The notes under the pieces were generated by a model. The model did no database searches. It saw nothing but the letters and a program-made list of their open reading frames with translations, and was not told where the DNA came from. The translations under genes and the position numbers were made by a program. A stretch of DNA of 34,466 nt from positions 1 to 34,466 of IMG/VR virus record IMGVR_UViG_3300020044_003000; one strand, 5' to 3'. Of the stretch, positions 1-6,690 are shown piece after piece; position 1 is the stretch's first letter; every line of letters begins with the position of its first letter. Source of the DNA: a virus. Its lineage: Duplodnaviria > Caudoviricetes.

Positions 1-24
1 GGTGATTTCGTTGCAAGTAGCCAT
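1..24 (-). CDS. Partial small phage protein (MATCNEIT...), runs off the left end; homolog of 33972..34187
   Basis: ATG at 24-22 overlaps the TAA of the upstream gene, with GGAG just upstream; aligns with MTATNDIT at 34187. Confidence 0.5.
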
Positions 25-494
25 TACTCCTCCTTGACGAATACGCCCTTTTCGTTGAGATAGCCCTTTCGGTCTTTGATCTGGTTGTATGAGTGTTGGA
101 CACACTGATACAAGGTCAGATCATTCTTGACTGCGATCCCGCCCAATTGATTGAGCGCGTCGTAGTATCGTCCTCCAGTTTGATTTCCAAAGTATCTAAG
201 ACTCGCGTAGGTGGTACAGAGCATCCCCGTGAGAGTCATAACGTCTAGGCTGTCCGGCTTTGTAGTCGCAGCCGCAGACTTAATTTCGGGAATCTTCCCA
301 GTAATGCCAGCCATCATCACGAGCACCACGATCTGATCGCCTATATCGTCTATGGGGCTTTTGCCTTTAGCCAGGGTGTCCGCCATCTCGCCAAACTCGG
401 AGATCAGTTTAAGCCACTGGGTCTCCAGCTTGCCGTTGCCGATGATCTGTCGGTCTACGCCCCACTGGTGGATCAAGTTAATTAGAGTTTCCAT
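24..494 (-). CDS. MazG-like / all-alpha NTP pyrophosphatase family protein
   Basis: QWLKLISEFGEMAD and DDIGDQIVVL acidic helices, C-terminal YNQIKDRKG..GVFVKE; start taken at METL (494). Confidence 0.75.
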   Translation of the reverse strand: METLINLIHQWGVDRQIIGNGKLETQWLKLISEFGEMADTLAKGKSPIDDIGDQIVVLVMMAGITGKIPEIKSAAATTKPDSLDVMTLTGMLCTTYASLRYFGNQTGGRYYDALNQLGGIAVKNDLTLYQCVQHSYNQIKDRKGYLNEKGVFVKEE

Positions 495-669
495 GATGTC
501 CCCATATTGTTTTGCCTGATTCAATGTCCGCGTCTATCCATCCTGCCAGCCACCAGCATTGTTTACGCATCGGGAAAGGGCAAGCGTCTTTGCTCTGTCC
601 GTCTGCGTGAGCCTGCTTGCCTGCTAGGTACAGGTCGGATTGTTCTTGGTTCATGCCGTCAATTCGCAT
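478..669 (-). CDS. Ribosome modulation factor (Rmf)/CrpP-fold small protein
   Basis: AGKQAHADGQSKDACPF...WWLAGW matches the Rmf pattern G.QA...G.SK..CPY...WL.GW; start at MRIDG (669). Confidence 0.65.
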   Translation of the reverse strand: MRIDGMNQEQSDLYLAGKQAHADGQSKDACPFPMRKQCWWLAGWIDADIESGKTIWGHHGNSN

Positions 670-670
670 T

Positions 671-1246
671 TTATCCCCATTGCTGCGCCATAGCGTCAGC
701 GACACCTTGATATGTTTTACTCCTTATCTTCCATCTATCAGGCCCTGGGGCAGCATAATGGATTCGCTCTCTCTGGCTTTTGGGTAATGCCATCATCTGT
801 TCACGGACATTCTTTGTTTCCACCAGCTTAGGCAAACCACTTAACCAGAGGCAGGTTGCTTTCTGCTCAGGATGACCAAACATCCAAGGATGGATGACCT
901 GATCTGGCTTGCGCCATACCGTAGACATGATGCTGACTGGGTTTTCAATGCAGATTCTTGGAATGCCACAGCGAGCAAACGTCATAAAAAAATCAATTGC
1001 AGTCTGCTGCCTGCCATCCTTCCTTTTTTTCTCAAACCATCTGGAGCCTGATACAGCCAAGTCAGTGCATGGAGGATGGGCAATTATCATATCCCAACCG
1101 TCACCAATAATGTCAAAAACATCGCCCTGATAGTGCGGGCCTTCAACATCTGTCGGCAGCAGATCGCAGCTCATTGCGTCATGTCCTTGCTTAATAAAAG
1201 CATCACGGACTGTTCCGCTGTACTCACAAGCAACTAATATTCTCAT
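671..1246 (-). CDS. Short phage C5-cytosine DNA methyltransferase-like protein
   Basis: ILVACEYSG (motif I-like), AHPPC (catalytic motif IV), IENP (motif VI). Confidence 0.8.
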   Translation of the reverse strand: MRILVACEYSGTVRDAFIKQGHDAMSCDLLPTDVEGPHYQGDVFDIIGDGWDMIIAHPPCTDLAVSGSRWFEKKRKDGRQQTAIDFFMTFARCGIPRICIENPVSIMSTVWRKPDQVIHPWMFGHPEQKATCLWLSGLPKLVETKNVREQMMALPKSQRERIHYAAPGPDRWKIRSKTYQGVADAMAQQWG

Positions 1247-1257
1247 CCCATTTGCTC

Positions 1258-1656
1258 TCAAGATAACTCCTTGATCTTATTCTTTAATTCCAATTTTAAC
1301 GCATCCAGGTATTCTCTGCCATGCTTTGTGACTTCATTCGCCTTGCTTTCCAGCTCGCTGACAAAAGCCTCCCCGTAGTAATCAACCATCGCCGCTCTAT
1401 AAGCTAGGACAACACTGGCCTTTTTCATGCCGTACATATTACAGCCACGGCATTGAGGGTGGACGTTTTCTTCCATCAGCTTTGTTGCGGTCTTTCCTCG
1501 CTCGATAAAATGCCCTCCTTGCATATCTTTCCAGTGCTCCATTTTTCCGCAAGTCCAGCAAGCGCAATATCCGTTATGATCCGCCGCTTTCATCCTGACG
1601 TATTTCTGAAGGAGTACCGCGCATTCATCTCTTAGAGCCGCTAAAGACTTTTTCAC
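1258..1656 (-). CDS. ninG: NinG/Rap-like recombination endonuclease
   Basis: CWTCG, GGHF, NVHPQCRGCN motifs; nin-region position. Confidence 0.8.
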   Translation of the reverse strand: MKKSLAALRDECAVLLQKYVRMKAADHNGYCACWTCGKMEHWKDMQGGHFIERGKTATKLMEENVHPQCRGCNMYGMKKASVVLAYRAAMVDYYGEAFVSELESKANEVTKHGREYLDALKLELKNKIKELS

Positions 1657-1674
1657 CGTCCATCCCCCATCATT

Positions 1675-2445
1675 TCATATTTCGCAAAATTGGCATCCAG
1701 ACCCATCGAATAACCTTCCTTGGCTTGGGTTGTTTCGTGTAGCTCCACCTTTACTGGTGAAAACGCTTTTACCGATGATTTCTTCCATGTACTGCACGCG
1801 GATGTATTGTTCGCGGCCAAAGTCATCAAACGCAAATGCGCGCTCCTTCGAGGCATCCCCTCCAGCTAAGCAGGGAAAGCAGCCCACTCGATCAAAGCCA
1901 TTTTTATATAGCGGGTTTTCATGCCCTGCTAACAGGTCGAAAACTTCGCGCCTTGACCACTCAAGAATTGGGAGCCTGAACATTACCCCAATTGCTTCCA
2001 GATACTTTGGGTATTTTGGAAGCACATCATGCGGTGCGTATAGATCGGCGCTTGTTTTGCCTCGGTATCGTTTATCCCTTTCTGGGCTTTCATCCGATCT
2101 CATGCCATACCAGACCTGAAAGCCGCCTTGATGTTCAGCCAACGCTTTATAAAACTTCTTGCTGGGCCTGATCTTCAGCTCGTCTGTGCAGTGCCTAGCT
2201 CCGCCTCCGGGGAAGCGCCTATATTTCAAAACCTTTTCTTCCACGGCGCCAGCGCACACAGTTTCGATCTTGACGCCATACAATGATCGCATCCTATCAA
2301 CGTGATTGTAGGTTTCTGGGTGTTCAAACTTCGTATCGCAAAACAGCCCAAGCACGTTATCAGCGCCAAACTCTTTTACCGCCAGCACTAGGCAGGCTTG
2401 CGAGTCTTTCCCGCCAGAAACCGGAACAACAGCTTTAATTGTCAT
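1675..2445 (-). CDS. Phosphoadenosine phosphosulfate (PAPS) reductase family protein
   Basis: PP-loop SGGKDS, DTKFEHPETY, RHCTDELK, GMRSDES, FDRVGCFPC. Confidence 0.85.
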   Translation of the reverse strand: MTIKAVVPVSGGKDSQACLVLAVKEFGADNVLGLFCDTKFEHPETYNHVDRMRSLYGVKIETVCAGAVEEKVLKYRRFPGGGARHCTDELKIRPSKKFYKALAEHQGGFQVWYGMRSDESPERDKRYRGKTSADLYAPHDVLPKYPKYLEAIGVMFRLPILEWSRREVFDLLAGHENPLYKNGFDRVGCFPCLAGGDASKERAFAFDDFGREQYIRVQYMEEIIGKSVFTSKGGATRNNPSQGRLFDGSGCQFCEI

Positions 2446-2623
2446 TTATTTTCCTAGCAGATTTATCTGACCCCATGTTTTTATCGTATATCCCGCCGTC
2501 GATCTCGAATAAAGCGATCATCACCGCATTGGCAACCTCATCACCAGACCTGACCTCGCCATCGACCATCAACTGCGTCATCAAGCTGTTTATAGCGTGA
2601 TACAGACTAGCCCAGTCCTTCAT
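2435..2623 (-). CDS. Hypothetical protein
   Basis: Overlaps both neighbours in operon fashion; GGAGG upstream. Confidence 0.6.
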   Translation of the reverse strand: MKDWASLYHAINSLMTQLMVDGEVRSGDEVANAVMIALFEIDGGIYDKNMGSDKSARKINDN

Positions 2624-3051
2624 TTGGCCTCCCGATATGTCTCATATACCTCTAGGGCTTTCTCAGACCACGTTACAGACCTTTCAGAGCCGAAGGCATA
2701 GATAGCCTCAATGTACTCGGAAAATTCAGCCTTGCTCATTTTAGACGTTCTTACGCCTAGTGCCACAAAGCCACCATCGACACCAGGCACAAGCCGCTGC
2801 TTTCTCCACGCTGCCGAAAGAATGTCCTTCCAGTCCTCTGGGGAGTGTTTCTGCCCGAACCATTCAACCTGGTTCGATATATCTCTGAGCATGGGCCATT
2901 GCTTGTCATTTTGTTCCGCTGTTCTGACTTCTCGGCCTAGCGTAATCACCACCGGCCCTGATTGCAGACCTCGGAAAAGATGCTCAGACACCCACTGTAA
3001 AGCACCACCGGCCAGCTTTACGTCTGAGACCGTCCTGCTAATCTCGCCCAT
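2620..3051 (-). CDS. ninB: NinB/Orf-like recombination protein
   Basis: RTAEQN..W.ML.DIS.QVEW, EDWKD, VPGVDGGFV.LG.RTSKM motifs; GGAGG upstream of ATG 3051. Confidence 0.85.
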   Translation of the reverse strand: MGEISRTVSDVKLAGGALQWVSEHLFRGLQSGPVVITLGREVRTAEQNDKQWPMLRDISNQVEWFGQKHSPEDWKDILSAAWRKQRLVPGVDGGFVALGVRTSKMSKAEFSEYIEAIYAFGSERSVTWSEKALEVYETYREAK

Positions 3052-3229
3052 TTTCGTCACCCTCCCGCCATACATGGGCGGCATTTTTTAGACTGGCTTT
3101 AATTCTCATGTTCTTGATATGAGCCTTGACCAGCTCCTGCCATTCAACAGGGCAGCCAGCTAAGGCGGCCTTCTGAGCATCCTTGCTCTTAGCTGACAGG
3201 TAGGCAAAAGCGTAGTCTCTAGGCTTCAA
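3038..3229 (-). CDS. Hypothetical protein
   Basis: Tiles the gap between neighbours with short overlaps. Confidence 0.55.
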   Translation of the reverse strand: MKPRDYAFAYLSAKSKDAQKAALAGCPVEWQELVKAHIKNMRIKASLKNAAHVWREGDENGRD

Positions 3230-3431
3230 TTTCTTTCCTGTAGTAAAAAATTTTCCCCTGCCACTTTCCTTCGATATTGCGCCCGTTCTGTCTAAGCTCC
3301 GAGATGCAGCTATTCACTGCCATAACGTAGGCTTTCTCCACAATATCCCTCGTTGAGTGCCAGAGGCCGTCTGACAACAGTCTATCCACTCGCTGAAGTC
3401 TCTCTGATCTATCTGCGTTTGCTGCGTTCAT
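3219..3431 (-). CDS. Small winged helix-turn-helix protein
   Basis: LLSDGLWHSTRDI...AVNSCISELRQNGRNI wHTH-like pattern; AGGGG RBS. Confidence 0.6.
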   Translation of the reverse strand: MNAANADRSERLQRVDRLLSDGLWHSTRDIVEKAYVMAVNSCISELRQNGRNIEGKWQGKIFYYRKEIEA

Positions 3432-3442
3432 AACATTCCCCT

Positions 3443-4078
3443 TTACTTGAAAAGCTCTTTTAGTTTTTCCATCGCCTCGATATTGCGCTTTTTCAGTTCT
3501 TCCATTTCTTGAGGAGTCCTTTCCCGTTCCACTTTCTCCGGTATGGCTTGGACAACTGGAATATCTAATTTCTCCCCAGCCATGTATCGCCTTGACATTG
3601 CATCGTAGTGATATTCAAACTTTCTGTAGGCTTCCTGCTCTCCGAGGTTCTTCAAGTCCCACACTCCGCATTCTCGCATGGCATGGTAGACAACCGGGTG
3701 ACCAAGGTCGCCAGCCTTGCCGAACTGCGTTTTGTAGATCAGGTCGAAAGCCTGTCTTACATTGGGTATACCGAAGTCATCTGGCTGGAATCTGCAAAGC
3801 TCCCTAAAAGCTGGAAGGTTCATAAATCCAGTAAAATCTCTGGCCTTTTTAAGGCCGTTAGCAAGCATATCAGGCGTCATGTCCTGAAGCCCTGCAAGCC
3901 ATGTCCTGATCGTGCTAGTGTCAATCGTAGGGCTTAATAATCCCATTGCTGACAATTGTCTCAAAGTCCCCTTCAATTGTTCTGTCGTCGGTGTTTCCGA
4001 ATGCTTCCTCGAATGCTCGCTCGATTCGCTGCTCTCTGGTTGGTTTAGCGTTGACAAAATTGATCCTACTGATTTCAT
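3443..4078 (-). CDS. Lambda P-like replication protein (helicase loader)
   Basis: W..GL.....L..GL..AR, P.FRELC, HPVVYHA motifs; directly downstream of the O-like gene. Start uncertain (4078 or 3946). Confidence 0.7.
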   Translation of the reverse strand: MKSVGSILSTLNQPESSESSEHSRKHSETPTTEQLKGTLRQLSAMGLLSPTIDTSTIRTWLAGLQDMTPDMLANGLKKARDFTGFMNLPAFRELCRFQPDDFGIPNVRQAFDLIYKTQFGKAGDLGHPVVYHAMRECGVWDLKNLGEQEAYRKFEYHYDAMSRRYMAGEKLDIPVVQAIPEKVERERTPQEMEELKKRNIEAMEKLKELFK

Positions 4079-4790
4079 CTTTCCACCTCTGATTTTTTAT
4101 CCAGCGTTCGACATGAGGGAAACTAGGAGCAAACAATCCAGCGGATATTCTTGATGACTTATCCATTGCTTGCGCTACACAAGCATTCATCATTTCTTCG
4201 TGGGTATGTGTATCTGGCTTTAGCTTGAGATAAGCAGACAGGGCATTTTTCTTGCTTCCCTTGTCTCCAAACCCAGAAGGCCAAGATTTCCACAATTCCT
4301 CAAACTGATCTGAGTAATCAAACTCAGGCGTGAGCCTATGTTTTTTATTAGTCTGTTCATTGGTCTGTTCTATTATCAGTTTATTGCGTGTGACCGATTC
4401 GGGCACCGTTGAGGTTACCGATTCGGGCACCGTTGAGGTTACTGATTCGGTAACGGTTACTGATTCGGTAACGGTATCTAGTTCGGTAACGGTATCTAGT
4501 TCGGTAACGGTTACTGATTCGGGAATGGTAATGATATAGGTGCAAGACTGTGAAAAGCCGCCTTTACCGCACTTGCTAAGCCAGCCCATGTCACAAAGCT
4601 GAGAGGTAGTTCTGCTAATTACGCCAACTGAATAGCCGCACACCTTGGCTAATGATTCGCGCTTAGGCCACGCTTTCATTTCACCATTGTTGGCAAATGA
4701 TATTATGGCTATCAAAACCTTGATTTGAATCTTGGAAAGCCTGTCATCGGCCAAAACAGATAACGGCACTTTTGCAAATCTATCGGTCAT
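3921..4790 (-). CDS. Replication initiator (O-like), N-terminal HTH with internal iteron repeats
   Basis: AWPKRESLAKVCG HTH, repeat linker, FEELWKSWP...HVERWIKNQRWKDE C-terminal domain. Confidence 0.8.
   Translation of the reverse strand: MTDRFAKVPLSVLADDRLSKIQIKVLIAIISFANNGEMKAWPKRESLAKVCGYSVGVISRTTSQLCDMGWLSKCGKGGFSQSCTYIITIPESVTVTELDTVTELDTVTESVTVTESVTSTVPESVTSTVPESVTRNKLIIEQTNEQTNKKHRLTPEFDYSDQFEELWKSWPSGFGDKGSKKNALSAYLKLKPDTHTHEEMMNACVAQAMDKSSRISAGLFAPSFPHVERWIKNQRWKDEISRINFVNAKPTREQRIERAFEEAFGNTDDRTIEGDFETIVSNGIIKPYD
4338..4523. repeat. Putative replication origin: 24-bp and 18-bp iterons plus adjacent AT-rich tract
   Basis: ACCGATTCGGGCACCGTTGAGGTT x2, then 18-bp units ACTGATTCGGTAACGGT(T/A) x2 and ATCTAGTTCGGTAACGGT x2; AT-rich 4338-4385; lies inside the initiator gene as lambda ori does. 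Confidence 0.75.
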
Positions 4791-4800
4791 TGCTTACAAT
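4772..4800 (+). promoter_or_regulatory. Sigma70-type promoter for a putative OOP-like antisense RNA
   Basis: TTGCAA (4772-4777), 17 nt, TACAAT (4795-4800). Confidence 0.6.
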
Positions 4801-4806
4801 GCTCTA

Positions 4807-4865
4807 TGTAGTCCTTGTTGAAAGCCGTCTGTCACCCCGCAAAGGTCAGGCGGCTTTATTTTTTA
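4807..4865 (+). ncRNA. Putative OOP-like antisense sRNA (~58 nt)
   Basis: Upstream promoter, hairpin AAAGCCGTCTG...CAGGCGGCTTT (4821-4857) followed by ATTTTTT; antisense to the 3' end of the RHH gene. Confidence 0.5.
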
Positions 4866-4992
4866 AAGCATACTCAAGCAGCATAACGGTCATATTTGAC
4901 ACGTTTCTTCCTTCCTTTTCCGCCAGCTCCTTAATGCGATCTTTCATCCCTGGCGGCAAAGACACTGTGAAAACTTCTGTTTTTCTGCTCAT
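4846..4992 (-). CDS. Arc/CopG-like ribbon-helix-helix DNA-binding protein (48 aa; absent from ORF track)
   Basis: Manual translation MSRKTEVFTVSLPPGMKDRIKELAEKEGRNVSNMTVMLLEYALKNKAA*. Confidence 0.8.
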   Translation of the reverse strand: MSRKTEVFTVSLPPGMKDRIKELAEKEGRNVSNMTVMLLEYALKNKAA

Positions 4993-4998
4993 GGCTGT

Positions 4999-5030
4999 AT
5001 TGTATTACCCCGTTTTATTGATTGCAATCA
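4999..5030 (-). promoter_or_regulatory. Promoter of the RHH gene with a palindromic operator over the -35
   Basis: Minus strand TTGCAA (5027-5022), 17 nt, TACAAT (5004-4999); perfect palindrome TGATTGCAATCA at 5019-5030. Confidence 0.6.
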
Positions 5031-5252
5031 CTTGTTCGCGCTTTCTTCGACATTGCTTACTGGCGGCAAAAACTCCCTTACATCCATCTTGATCTTTCGC
5101 TTTTTGAGCGCATCCATGATGGCTATTGCTACTTTAAGACTTGGCACTGAGAAGTGGCTCTCATAGTTGTTGATCGCCGCCTGTCCCACCCCTGCCTCGG
5201 CCCCTAGTGCCGCTTGTGTCAACCCTGCTTTCTTACGATATGTCTTGAGCAT
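5028..5252 (-). CDS. Cro-like XRE-family HTH regulator
   Basis: LKTYRKKAGLTQAALGAEAGVGQAAINNYE...PSL HTH_3 pattern; AAGGAGG RBS before ATG 5252. Confidence 0.85.
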   Translation of the reverse strand: MLKTYRKKAGLTQAALGAEAGVGQAAINNYESHFSVPSLKVAIAIMDALKKRKIKMDVREFLPPVSNVEESANK

Positions 5253-5271
5253 AATGCCCTCCTTTTCGTGC

Positions 5272-5360
5272 ATCATAATCTATCCGGCCTAAGTGTCAAC
5301 ACGGCAATGATTAAAATAGTTAAAAATAGTGTTGACCCAGAATATAGCTGGTGTTTAAAT
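5272..5360. promoter_or_regulatory. Divergent early promoter region
   Basis: Minus strand TTGACA (5299-5294), 16 nt, TATGAT; plus strand TTGACC (5332-5337), 17 nt, TTAAAT; inverted repeat GTCAACAC/GTGTTGAC; AT-rich spacer; gene orientation switches here. Confidence 0.55.
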
Positions 5361-5389
5361 ACAGACACAAAACAAGAAAGGAAAGCGAT

Positions 5390-5596
5390 ATGAGCCTAGC
5401 AGAAGTGATGGTGTACGTTAGATGGCATTGCGCTGTTAGAAGGCATATCAGGGAATATGGCTTGCCTGCGGCCAACCGAAGCAAAGACGCGACAGAGCGA
5501 GCCATCCAGCTGAGACGACTCAATTATCATAGCCGCGTTGGTTATCAATACTGCCTGAAAGCAAGGGCGATAATGAAAGGGGAGCAAAATGTTTGA
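5390..5596 (+). CDS. Hypothetical early protein
   Basis: First ORF of the rightward arm; AAGGA upstream of ATG 5390. Confidence 0.5.
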   Translation: MSLAEVMVYVRWHCAVRRHIREYGLPAANRSKDATERAIQLRRLNYHSRVGYQYCLKARAIMKGEQNV

Positions 5597-5747
5597 CTAC
5601 GATGATTTCTTTGACGATCGGCCTACACTGGGCCAAAGGCAGTACGAATCAAAACTAGCGCGGCACCCAGATTGCCGAGACCCAGATCACCCAGGCTGCG
5701 AATCCTGCTACGTTTCCGAGGAAGAAGGGGAAGAAGATGACGCTTGA
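5589..5747 (+). CDS. Small acidic Cys/His protein (52 aa; absent from ORF track)
   Basis: MFDYDDFFDD...HPDCRDPDHPGCESC...EEEGEEDDA*; GGGGAG RBS. Confidence 0.65.
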   Translation: MFDYDDFFDDRPTLGQRQYESKLARHPDCRDPDHPGCESCYVSEEEGEEDDA

Positions 5748-5886
5748 ACAGATGATAGAAGCAAAAGGGTTTTACCTGTACCCACACACTGGAAAGGTTC
5801 TAAAAGCCACAGACGTTGTGGAGTGGGTAATCGAACAGATGCAAGCCGGGAACATCAAGCCGGCGGCTACGAGGGGTGAAGAATGA
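5737..5886 (+). CDS. Hypothetical protein (49 aa; absent from ORF track)
   Basis: MTLEQMIEAKGFYLYPHTGKVL...; overlaps both neighbours. Confidence 0.55.
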   Translation: MTLEQMIEAKGFYLYPHTGKVLKATDVVEWVIEQMQAGNIKPAATRGEE

Positions 5887-5975
5887 AACACGAAACTAAA
5901 GAGTTCCTTGCAATGACGGCCTGCCTTGGGGTCGCTGTTCTAATCGGCTTCATGGTAGGGATGGGGTGGATGTAA
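5883..5975 (+). CDS. Small single-pass membrane protein (30 aa; absent from ORF track)
   Basis: MKHETKEFLAMTACLGVAVLIGFMVGMGWM*; ATGA coupling, GAGGGG RBS. Confidence 0.55.
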   Translation: MKHETKEFLAMTACLGVAVLIGFMVGMGWM

Positions 5976-6130
5976 TGCTGGCACTAATCCGTAGTTTGTT
6001 CTGGCCGTCATCACTTATTAGTGATGAAGTTCCGGCGATACAGCATGAAATAGATGCGGAGCATGGGATTAGACCAGCTCCGATAGAGAAAAAAGAGTTC
6101 TACAGAAAACTGAGTGAAGTACCACAATAA
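5975..6130 (+). CDS. Hypothetical protein (51 aa; absent from ORF track)
   Basis: MLALIRSLFWPSS...KLSEVPQ*; TAATG coupling; fills the gap up to erf. Confidence 0.5.
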   Translation: MLALIRSLFWPSSLISDEVPAIQHEIDAEHGIRPAPIEKKEFYRKLSEVPQ

Positions 6131-6141
6131 AGGGGAATGCA

Positions 6142-6690
6142 ATGCTGCAAAAAATACAAGCACAACTAAAAGCGCCGAAGGGTAATTACAACTCATTCGG
6201 AAAGTACAAATACCGATCATGCGAGGATATTGTGGAGGCTGTAAAGCCTATCCTGGCCGCGCACGAATGCCATCTGATCCTGTCCGACGATGTTGTAATG
6301 GCAGGTGATCGGATTTACATCAAGGCCACAGCTACGATTTACAAAGGCTCCGAGCTAGTTGGGCAGGCCACGGCATTTGCCCGCGAGGCTGAAACGAAGA
6401 AAGGCATGGACGAAAGCCAGATTACAGGAACCGCATCAAGCTATGCTCGCAAGTACGCACTCAACGGCCTGCTGGCAATCGACGACACCAAGGATGCCGA
6501 CACGGACGAAGATACTGCCGCTAGAAATGCTCCAGTTAAGGTGGAGCGAGTCACCGATCCGATGCTTGTCCACAAAATCCAAAGCTGCATAGGCGTGGAT
6601 GAACTTCGCGCAATCTGGAAAGAGCTATCCCCAGAACAGCGCGAAGCACACAGCGAAGTTTTTGCTGAAGCCAAAGAGCGCCTATCGTGA
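6142..6690 (+). CDS. erf: ERF-family single-strand annealing protein
   Basis: LKAPK..YNSFGKYKYRSCEDI, QITGTASSYARKYALNGL..IDD.KDAD. Confidence 0.92.
   Translation: MLQKIQAQLKAPKGNYNSFGKYKYRSCEDIVEAVKPILAAHECHLILSDDVVMAGDRIYIKATATIYKGSELVGQATAFAREAETKKGMDESQITGTASSYARKYALNGLLAIDDTKDADTDEDTAARNAPVKVERVTDPMLVHKIQSCIGVDELRAIWKELSPEQREAHSEVFAEAKERLS

Noticed and set aside
1-303. Exact direct terminal repeat proving circular completeness
   Set aside because: The copies are only ~70% identical, so completeness is suggested by synteny but not proven
1653-1856. 67-aa minus-strand ORF
   Set aside because: Almost wholly nested in another frame of the PAPS-reductase-like gene, with no clear RBS
4385-4523. 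CRISPR-like array
   Set aside because: Units are contiguous 18/24-bp in-frame repeats without unique spacers; no cas genes
4772-5092. 106-aa + strand ORF
   Set aside because: Antisense to the better-supported RHH and Cro-like genes and crosses a terminator-like hairpin
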